7,644 nucleotides of DNA, from assembly GCA_048939465.1 (NCBI GenBank), contig JBHLPL010000092.1, positions 1-7,644 on the forward strand, written 5' to 3'. The stretch comes from Promethearchaeota archaeon (GTDB lineage Archaea; Asgardarchaeota; Odinarchaeia; Odinarchaeales; JBHLKK01). The translations under genes were made by a program, and so were the position numbers. Under the pieces are notes generated by a model. That model was not told where the DNA came from, made no database searches, and saw only the letters and a program-made list of their open reading frames with translations. Positions 1 to 6,286 of the stretch are shown here, one piece after another; position 1 is the first letter of the stretch; each line of letters begins with the position of its first letter.

Positions 1-90
1 AAGTGGAAGCGTATCGGAACCTAACGTCAAGTGATTATTTGATTTCATAAAGAATACAGAGGATTTGGTTTCTCCCACTTCCACATCCAT
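1..90 (-). CDS. Possible 5' end of a divergent gene (open to the window edge)
   Basis: ATG at 90 opens 30 stop-free codons to position 1 (MDVEVGETKSSVFFMKSNNHLTLGSDTLPL). ATTTAAAA on the minus strand (127-120) lies 30 nt upstream. No recognisable motif, and too short to confirm. Confidence 0.3.
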   Translation of the reverse strand, partial: MDVEVGETKSSVFFMKSNNHLTLGSDTLPL

Positions 91-115
91 GGATGGATTT
101 CACGGTCTTTGACCG
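84..115. promoter_or_regulatory. Two dyad elements, candidate transcription-factor operators
   Basis: Perfect 12-bp palindrome CATCCATGGATG (84-95) and inverted repeat CGGTC-TTT-GACCG (103-115), just upstream of the TATA-like box. Function is inferred only. Confidence 0.3.
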
Positions 116-119
116 CAAG

Positions 120-127
120 TTTTAAAT
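120..127 (+). promoter_or_regulatory. Archaeal TATA-like box for the 60-aa ORF
   Basis: TTTTAAAT preceded by CGCAAG (loosely BRE-like), ending 25 nt before ATG 153. This spacing is typical of leaderless or short-leader archaeal transcripts. Confidence 0.55.
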
Positions 128-152
128 CTCCTATGAAACTGTACTAAAAACT

Positions 153-335
153 ATGCCATTATATGAAAAACCTCATGAACACCACGAGCAGCATCTTTGT
201 GAAAAGATCGGGCACGGTATGACCATAAGTGAATATAAAAAACTTGTCACTACCAACCCAAGGTGGATATGCCGGATATGCGGGCGAGCAGCAAAAGAAG
301 CGGAGAATCTTTGCGATCCAGTGGCACTCTTCTAG
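153..335 (+). CDS. 60-aa His/Cys-rich putative metal-binding microprotein
   Basis: ATG to TAG. Contains HEHHEQHLC, CRICGR and LCDP motifs. Flanked by an upstream TATA-like box and a downstream oligo-T tract, so it looks like a complete transcription unit. Confidence 0.8.
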   Translation: MPLYEKPHEHHEQHLCEKIGHGMTISEYKKLVTTNPRWICRICGRAAKEAENLCDPVALF

Positions 336-370
336 ACAAGAAGATTTCAGTCACAAACTTGCCTAAATCC

Positions 371-381
371 CCTCTTTTTTT
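371..381 (+). terminator. Oligo-T archaeal-type terminator candidate
   Basis: CCTCTTTTTTT (T7 at 375-381), about 40 nt after the TAG of the 60-aa ORF. Confidence 0.5.
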
Positions 382-394
382 GGCCCATTTTCAA

Positions 395-402
395 TTTAAG
401 TA
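395..402 (+). promoter_or_regulatory. TATA-like box for the 44-aa ORF
   Basis: TTTAAGTA ending 23 nt before ATG 426. Imperfect match to the consensus. Confidence 0.4.
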
Positions 403-425
403 ATAGTCAGACTCACGTGAGAAAA

Positions 426-560
426 ATGCAGGAGTTTTTGTGTCCTTTTTACGAGAGCAAGGATGTAAGAAAAACCACGGACGCAGTCTCTTCTGATGGT
501 ACGATCGTGTTGAATTACCGTTGCAGCTATTGTGGCGAAGAATTTGGGCGGCTAGAATAA
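426..560 (+). CDS. 44-aa zinc-ribbon-like microprotein (CPxY...CxxCG)
   Basis: Hand translation: MQEFLCPFYESKDVRKTTDAVSSDGTIVLNYRCSYCGEEFGRLE*. Shows the zinc-ribbon pattern CP-x-[C>Y]-x-S-x-x-V ... Y-x-CxxCG-x-x-F. Below the 60-aa ORF-track cutoff. Alternative in-frame GTG start at 417. Confidence 0.65.
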   Translation: MQEFLCPFYESKDVRKTTDAVSSDGTIVLNYRCSYCGEEFGRLE

Positions 561-621
561 GGAATACCCCCGATGACCCATAGATTACTCTGGTTCATGC
601 TCTCGGCTAATAAGATCAAAC

Positions 622-2727
622 CTAACAAGTTGATTTCAGAGCTTTTAACTCGTCGACTATCGCTCGGTAGATAATTGGTTGCCACTTGCCTACTTCTTCG
701 TCAGAAAAACCCAGGATCTTAAGGAAGAACCGATCCAACTCTACTCGTCCCCAGAATTTATTCTCGAATTGTTCCAAGATAGACGGGAACTTGATCTCTC
801 TTAGCTTGTCAAATAGCGACAAAAGATCTGCGATCTCTGATTCTTCCAACGATTCTAGACTGATGAAGTCGAAACGTTCGAAATCTTCTTCCTTAATGTC
901 CACATACGTCCCTGTTGTCTGCTGCATATTTTGAAGAAGTCTGACTACGCTAATTACTGAATTTAAGAACAGGCAAAAGATCTTGCTCTCAGTCTTCGCC
1001 GCTCTGAAAACTTTGAAGGCATCGGTGGGGATTAAATCCACTTCAGAGTAGAGGGACAAGAAATGAGTGTTCTTCGAAGTCGGACTGAATCTTCTAAAAA
1101 CAGTGACGTACGTTTTCTTCTTCCTTTCCTTTTCAATCTTGGTCCAAGGAATTTCCTTTCTGCCGTATTCTGAGGCTTCTATTATCTTCTTCAGAGCTTC
1201 TTTGGAAGGAGATCTTACAATAATGTAGTCGTTCAGGTTAGTCACATCAAGTGTGTCGAGCCCAATAACTGTTTTCAACCCTTTCTCTACTGCGCTAACT
1301 GGAAGTTTTATGATTTCTTCAGTAGATTTTGACTTGAAAAAAACATGTTTGGTATCCTTCCTAAGAAAGACTAAGGAAGCCCGGACAATTCTCCTTTTAT
1401 TGCGCGGGTCTGTAATGAATAGTACTTGAGAAAGCCTTTCCGGTGATGTGTGAAATCCTTCCATTATCTTTCCAGTGGGAAAGCTAGTTAGCTTGTTTCT
1501 GCTCCTTGTTCTCACGGCTTTCAGGAATCTGTCAACACCCCTCATGTTTTGTGCACTGAAACCCCAAATGAATTCCATCAGATTTTTCTGCGTCAATTCT
1601 CGATGACTGATCGGTATTACTTCCACTGAATCGCAACTGAAAATATCGTGAATATTATCTTTTATCCGGTTTATTTTGTCAATAAGGGACTTAACGCCGC
1701 TATCGGTCAAATCCTTCAATGGTTTCTTTATTAGTACAAACATAGTCATGTCACTGTCGCTTGGCTTTGTCTTTTCCAAGATTACCAGAACATCTCTGAA
1801 TGCTGCCAGTTCACTGAATGCCAGATTTCTCGTTGGTTTTATGATATACAACATTCGATAGTTATTGAGTATGAATGTCCTGATCTTTTGCGTAGCCTTG
1901 CCTCTACCGATGTTTATCGGAATAACAGCACCAATTCTTCCCCCTTCCCTGACCAGGTCGTCAGCAAGGGCTAGGAACGGACCCCACAGATTTACCTGAC
2001 TTCCGCATTTGGACGTTATTCTACTGAGCCTGTCCAGTTTCTTCCTGTAACTGGAAGGTATTTTCTTCCTGTCTGTAAAGGGAGGGTTCATTATCAGGAC
2101 ATCGTGCTGTCTCACACGGAACTCTTTCCTACCGATCTCTGATTTATTTTGACTGGTAAGAAGCAGATCCTTTTTGCTGCCAGTTTCGGAAAATGTCAAA
2201 GCGGATTTAGGAACACTCTTCATTTTAATACCGTTTGTCTTCAATCTATCCGCTTCATTCGATAGATCCAGAGAATCGTAGACAGCGATCCGAATCTTAT
2301 CGTATTCTGCCTCCGGATTCCGAAATGCCAATCTCATCGCAGCGATTTTTGCAGCAAGAGGCATTATTTCAATTCCTGTAAGTTGCTTTTCCAGAAATAG
2401 TCGATGTACTCGTTTTGCTTCCGTGTTGTTTGTTCTTTTCCTACCGGCCTGCTCCATGAATAACTCCAGTTTTCGGTCGTATGCAGCAGTAAGTAGTGAG
2501 CCAGAACCACAGGCAGGGTCTATTACCGTACTGTCCCATCTGCCAACAGTCAGCCCTGCCAATATCTGGGCAGCTGTGGAATTCGTATAGAATGTAGCCA
2601 GCAGTTTCTTATCGCTGGCAGACAAGCTTCCCAACATTCCGGAGACGAGTTCCTCTATTTCATTCTCGGTAGTCTTAATAGGTATTCCCCCAACTTCCTC
2701 TCCGATTAATGGAAATCCGACATTCAA
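622..2727 (-). CDS. N6-adenine DNA methyltransferase with C-terminal target-recognition region (type IIG/Eco57I-like MTase core, no nuclease domain)
   Basis: Motif X-like FYT (aa 46-48), SAM-binding motif I DPACGSG (2500-2520), GIEIMP, catalytic motif IV NPPF (2077-2088), and later GGRIGAVIP. The order (motif I before IV, long C-terminal region) is gamma-class. The start is uncertain: TTG 2727 or ATG 2637. Confidence 0.9.
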   Translation of the reverse strand: MNVGFPLIGEEVGGIPIKTTENEIEELVSGMLGSLSASDKKLLATFYTNSTAAQILAGLTVGRWDSTVIDPACGSGSLLTAAYDRKLELFMEQAGRKRTNNTEAKRVHRLFLEKQLTGIEIMPLAAKIAAMRLAFRNPEAEYDKIRIAVYDSLDLSNEADRLKTNGIKMKSVPKSALTFSETGSKKDLLLTSQNKSEIGRKEFRVRQHDVLIMNPPFTDRKKIPSSYRKKLDRLSRITSKCGSQVNLWGPFLALADDLVREGGRIGAVIPINIGRGKATQKIRTFILNNYRMLYIIKPTRNLAFSELAAFRDVLVILEKTKPSDSDMTMFVLIKKPLKDLTDSGVKSLIDKINRIKDNIHDIFSCDSVEVIPISHRELTQKNLMEFIWGFSAQNMRGVDRFLKAVRTRSRNKLTSFPTGKIMEGFHTSPERLSQVLFITDPRNKRRIVRASLVFLRKDTKHVFFKSKSTEEIIKLPVSAVEKGLKTVIGLDTLDVTNLNDYIIVRSPSKEALKKIIEASEYGRKEIPWTKIEKERKKKTYVTVFRRFSPTSKNTHFLSLYSEVDLIPTDAFKVFRAAKTESKIFCLFLNSVISVVRLLQNMQQTTGTYVDIKEEDFERFDFISLESLEESEIADLLSLFDKLREIKFPSILEQFENKFWGRVELDRFFLKILGFSDEEVGKWQPIIYRAIVDELKALKSTC

Positions 2728-2751
2728 TGCCCGGAGGCGATACGTATTAGA

Positions 2752-4809
2752 CTATCTTAGAACCTTGCTGAAGAATCGCTCAATCTCATCTTCTTCAAAA
2801 CTCAGCCACTCAGAGCTGAACAGATCCAGATAATAAGGAAAGAGCTCAAGATCTTGGAGCTTCTTCTTAAGATCCTTTATGATACCCCTAACGTGGGCAG
2901 GATCCGTCAGTTTCTTCTCCTTCACCACATATTTCACTTTCTTTAGGTAATAGCTCTTGATGTTCTTCATTTCCTTGTCCTCAGCATAGAGCCCGAGGGT
3001 AATAAGAAGCACCGTCAAATAAGATGCGATATCGGTGCCCTTATTCTCAAGAATCGTTCTGACTATCTCCTTATCCAAATGGCTCTTTGAAGGCGTCTTA
3101 CCCATATCTACGATCTTAACGCCTAATTGATATAGACTGTCCAGCAGAGGTATCAAAACATCGGGTCTGTTCGATTTGTATTCCGCACAAATGTTCAGGA
3201 ATGTGGTAACCGCCTTTTGATATTCAGCACGCCAGTCTTTCCTATTAATAAGATAGGCCGCAACGTCTGAGACTATCTTCATGCCATTGTTTATGATCTT
3301 ATCGTATTTGAGTTCTGGATAAGTATTATCCTTATTTGCCAGTCGTGTCAGGAGAGTGCTGGTCGTGTCATATAGAAGATTGAAAGCGTCTCTCGAATAG
3401 GTTGGATAAGTATTTATGAAGTTTATGAGTTCGGTGAATATCCTGTTAAATCCACTATGGTCAAAAAATGGTGCTAGCGCATCGCCATCCAACCTGTGGC
3501 TTAACACTTCCTGGTAAATATCATGTATTTGATCTGCAAAATCCTCAACTAAAGTGAGACGCAAGGCAACCGTTGCATAGCCTATTTCCATCATGGATGA
3601 ATTTAGGGTTCCCACGTAGTAATCGAGATTGCTTTCAATCATTACCCTTTCTATCTCTGTAATCGATTTCATTATGCCAAGATCGGTGTGAAGTTTCGAT
3701 TTTAGAGATTCCAGAGCAATCTCCTTCAATGCTCTTACCAAGATCGTAACAACTGTTGGATAGCCTTTCTCTGCGGATTTAACAGCGATGCTAGTAATAC
3801 GACGTGTAAGCGGCTCAACCAAAAAGACCCCAACTCTGAGCTTCCTAACGGACTCTCTGCCGATGACCCCCAAAACATCTGCAACTCTCTCCAGTAGAAT
3901 AAAATTATCCGCGCTGAACCCGAGTCTGGATGCTGCCTCCAACGTATTGAGAATACGTTCAAGAAAGGCATCATAGTTTGTCAGATCATCCTTCCTGATG
4001 CTTATGTACTCATTAGTAATATCCAGAACACTGTTGAATCCGTAATCGTATGTTTCGAATTCTAAATCCCTGCAAGATTTCAATATTATATCAAAAATCA
4101 GAGCGACTTCATTGTCAATGTCACCTTGGAATCCATCAGTCTTGTGCAGTTTCTCCCGGTAGGCTTGATGCAGTATTACCTGGTGCCGGATCAGCTCCCG
4201 ATCATCGGAAAGTATCCTTTCCAAAGACTCGGTAGAGAGTCTGCTCATTATTTCTACAACTTCATTCTTGTTGTCTATGCTATTGATTTTGCTCTTGAAA
4301 TCAGACATTACATCGAGACCAATCTTTCTGATCGAGTCCAGTATCCTCTGCTTAACCCGATCAATTATCTTCTTCGGGTTAATCATGTCAGGAAAGAAAT
4401 ACAATTCAAGACTTAGTACAACAAAGTAGGAGACAAACATGACAAAACCGATATCCAGCATCAAGGGGGAGGTATTTGAGATATTTAGCAATCCAAATGC
4501 AATAACAGACAGAAAGAATATGAAAGAACCCCATATCACTGAGTCTTTTCTATAGATGGTAAGTATCTCTGGAGAGTATTGAGCCGCCGCATTTTGGACG
4601 ACCACAAGTATTAATGACGAGGAGATGGCCAAAGTTGTAGCCACAGCTGCAACACCGACTGAAAAGAATTGGGAATAGAGCGAGACGTCAAAAATTGCGC
4701 TGATACGAATGGAACCTAAGGGATAGAAAACCCTGAGCCCTACTAGGAGGATGATACCAACTGTTACCGCAAAATAAGCCCAGGTCCTGGTTGTGAATCT
4801 TTCAAACAT
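2752..4809 (-). CDS. DUF2254-like membrane protein: about 4 N-terminal TM helices plus a ~540-aa alpha-helical cytoplasmic tail
   Basis: Four hydrophobic segments in the first ~140 aa. LILVVVQNAAAQYSPEILTIYRKD recalls the DUF2254 'l.vvlq.as.qysPr.l..f.rd' signature (from memory, not searched). Start chosen at ATG 4809 (685 aa) because a TATA box ends 23 nt upstream; the track's TTG 4830 is only 2 nt from that box. Confidence 0.8.
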   Translation of the reverse strand: MFERFTTRTWAYFAVTVGIILLVGLRVFYPLGSIRISAIFDVSLYSQFFSVGVAAVATTLAISSSLILVVVQNAAAQYSPEILTIYRKDSVIWGSFIFFLSVIAFGLLNISNTSPLMLDIGFVMFVSYFVVLSLELYFFPDMINPKKIIDRVKQRILDSIRKIGLDVMSDFKSKINSIDNKNEVVEIMSRLSTESLERILSDDRELIRHQVILHQAYREKLHKTDGFQGDIDNEVALIFDIILKSCRDLEFETYDYGFNSVLDITNEYISIRKDDLTNYDAFLERILNTLEAASRLGFSADNFILLERVADVLGVIGRESVRKLRVGVFLVEPLTRRITSIAVKSAEKGYPTVVTILVRALKEIALESLKSKLHTDLGIMKSITEIERVMIESNLDYYVGTLNSSMMEIGYATVALRLTLVEDFADQIHDIYQEVLSHRLDGDALAPFFDHSGFNRIFTELINFINTYPTYSRDAFNLLYDTTSTLLTRLANKDNTYPELKYDKIINNGMKIVSDVAAYLINRKDWRAEYQKAVTTFLNICAEYKSNRPDVLIPLLDSLYQLGVKIVDMGKTPSKSHLDKEIVRTILENKGTDIASYLTVLLITLGLYAEDKEMKNIKSYYLKKVKYVVKEKKLTDPAHVRGIIKDLKKKLQDLELFPYYLDLFSSEWLSFEEDEIERFFSKVLR

Positions 4810-4832
4810 TAAGACTATTCTCCATTTCAATC

Positions 4833-4840
4833 CTTATAAG
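4833..4840 (-). promoter_or_regulatory. TATA box (with BRE-like purines) for the DUF2254-MTase unit
   Basis: The minus strand reads CTCAAA-CTTATAAG, then 23 nt to ATG 4809. Confidence 0.55.
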
Positions 4841-4927
4841 TTTGAGCTTGGTCTTCCAGAATCAGCTGAGAAGGGAAATAAAAAGAAAAATAAGCCCGAT
4901 GCGTTTACGTATTCTGGGTGCCACAAA

Positions 4928-6286
4928 ATGATACTCCTCAAGTACGATAAGGGAAGCCTTCTAATTCAGGGAAGTATCGGAACTCCGTACGGGCAATGGG
5001 ACCCGAGGGTGGGATGCTTCAGGGCCATGGCTCTATACTATCCTGAAGTCCTTGCGTATCTTAAGAGGAGTCGTCTGGAGTATAAGGATAAGGCAGCCAG
5101 TCCACCCCCGATAGATACTCTCAAGAGCCCAGTCAAATTACGACCTTATCAGAGGGAGGCACTTTCCGCGTGGTTCGCTGCAAACAGGCGGGGTGTGATT
5201 GTTCTACCTACGGGGGCTGGAAAGACCCTTGTAGCAATCAAGGCTATTGAAAAATTAAATGTATCAACTCTGGTGGTGGTGCCTACTCTTGACCTTTTGG
5301 ATCAATGGAGGCAGCAACTTACTCAGTTATTTGGAGTGGAAGTAGGAGCTTTTGGCGGGGGAGAGGATACGCTGAAAGCCCTAACCGTATCTACCTATGA
5401 TTCAGCTTACATCCGTGCTGAGCAACTAGGAAACAAGTTCATGTTTATCATCTTCGACGAGGTTCACCATCTTCCAGCACCCAGCTACACGCAGATAGCA
5501 GAGATGTATATTGCCCCCTACAGAATGGGGCTTACAGCGACCTATGAAAGAGAAGACGAAGGACACGATGATCTGCCAAGACTGATAGGCGGTCCTGTCT
5601 ATCAGCTCGGAGTGGATGCTCTGGCTGGAAAACATCTTTCTCCGTTCACCCACGAAAGAATACCGATAAATCTTACGCCTGAAGAAATGAAGCGGTATGA
5701 GGAGGATTATCGTATTTTTAGAAGGTATCTTCTGCAAAGTGGAGTAACGCTCCGAAGTAATGAAGATTTCAGGAGATTCATTATGAGGACGGGAACCGAT
5801 CCAGCAGCTAGAGAAGCTCTGTTGGCGAGAAACAGAGCCATAAAGACTGCCTTGAACTCTGAGGCGAAAATCAATATCCTGGCAGACTTTTTGAAAACGT
5901 ATGAGAAAGAAAAAATTCTGATATTCACTCGATACAATCAGCTTGTCTACAGAATAAGCAGTCGGTTTCTAATTCCCGTCATCACCCATCAAACGCCTCG
6001 GGAGGAAAGAAAGGAAATCTTGGAGAAGTTTAAGAACGGGGAATACAGAGCAATTGTTACCAGCCAAGTTCTTGACGAAGGAGTGGATGTTCCGGATGCC
6101 TCCGTAGGCTTCATACTGGGAGGTACCGGAAGTAGCAGAGAGTATATCCAAAGGCTGGGAAGGATTCTAAGGAAAAGGCCTGGAAAGAAAGCAAAGCTCA
6201 TTGAGCTGGTATCCCAGCAGACAATAGAAACCAGAATGAGCCAGAAAAGACATCAAAAGAGGGGGAGAAGAGTTGCTTCCCAGTAG
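4928..6286 (+). CDS. xpb: Archaeal-type XPB/Rad25 SF2 DNA helicase (452 aa)
   Basis: Q-motif LRPYQ, Walker A LPTGAGKT, DEVH box, motif III LTAT followed by the XPB-type RED motif (YERED), VLDEGVDVP, and motif VI QRLGRILR. Start at ATG 4928 (MILLKYDKG) rather than GTG 4793. Confidence 0.95.
   Translation: MILLKYDKGSLLIQGSIGTPYGQWDPRVGCFRAMALYYPEVLAYLKRSRLEYKDKAASPPPIDTLKSPVKLRPYQREALSAWFAANRRGVIVLPTGAGKTLVAIKAIEKLNVSTLVVVPTLDLLDQWRQQLTQLFGVEVGAFGGGEDTLKALTVSTYDSAYIRAEQLGNKFMFIIFDEVHHLPAPSYTQIAEMYIAPYRMGLTATYEREDEGHDDLPRLIGGPVYQLGVDALAGKHLSPFTHERIPINLTPEEMKRYEEDYRIFRRYLLQSGVTLRSNEDFRRFIMRTGTDPAAREALLARNRAIKTALNSEAKINILADFLKTYEKEKILIFTRYNQLVYRISSRFLIPVITHQTPREERKEILEKFKNGEYRAIVTSQVLDEGVDVPDASVGFILGGTGSSREYIQRLGRILRKRPGKKAKLIELVSQQTIETRMSQKRHQKRGRRVASQ
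6261..6267 (+). promoter_or_regulatory. Shine-Dalgarno-like site for bax1
   Basis: GGGGGAG 5 nt before TTG 6273, inside the xpb 3' end. Confidence 0.5.

Noticed and set aside
133-147. Mini-ORF ATG AAA CTG TAC TAA upstream of the 60-aa gene
   Set aside because: It lies between the TATA box and the expected transcription start, so it is probably not on the mRNA.
2773-2805. Similar C-terminal segments in the membrane protein (LSFEEDEIERF) and the MTase (LGFSDEEVGKW)
   Set aside because: A generic acidic amphipathic helix pattern with only 17/33 nucleotide identity; not enough to argue for shared ancestry.
3316-3414. 12-bp repeat TGGATAAGTATT (3316-3327 and 3403-3414) and inverted repeat GGATAA-GTA-TTATCC (3317-3331)
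   Set aside because: They are inside the CDS and explained by two NTYP tetrapeptides. Two copies only, not an array.
4810-4830. TTG 4830 start for the membrane protein
   Set aside because: It lies 2 nt from the TATA box, upstream of the expected transcription start. ATG 4809 fits the spacing.
569-4901. CCCGATG direct repeat (569-575 and 4895-4901), each preceded nearby by AATAAG, flanking the DUF2254-MTase block
   Set aside because: Seven bp is within chance expectation, and no integrase, transposase or tRNA supports an att site or target duplication. Only an empty-site comparison could rescue it.
4793-4927. 45-aa N-terminal extension of XPB from GTG 4793, as given by the ORF track
   Set aside because: It overlaps the start and promoter of the opposite-strand gene and is low-complexity (KGNKKKNK from an A-tract). 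ATG 4928 gives a normal-sized 452-aa XPB.
333-6286. Genome-wide reassignment of TAG to a sense codon
   Set aside because: TAG ends the 60-aa ORF, the MTase and xpb at plausible natural C-termini. The MTase frame hits TGA two codons later and the xpb frame hits TAA ten codons later. Any readthrough at 2752-2754 would be local or partial.
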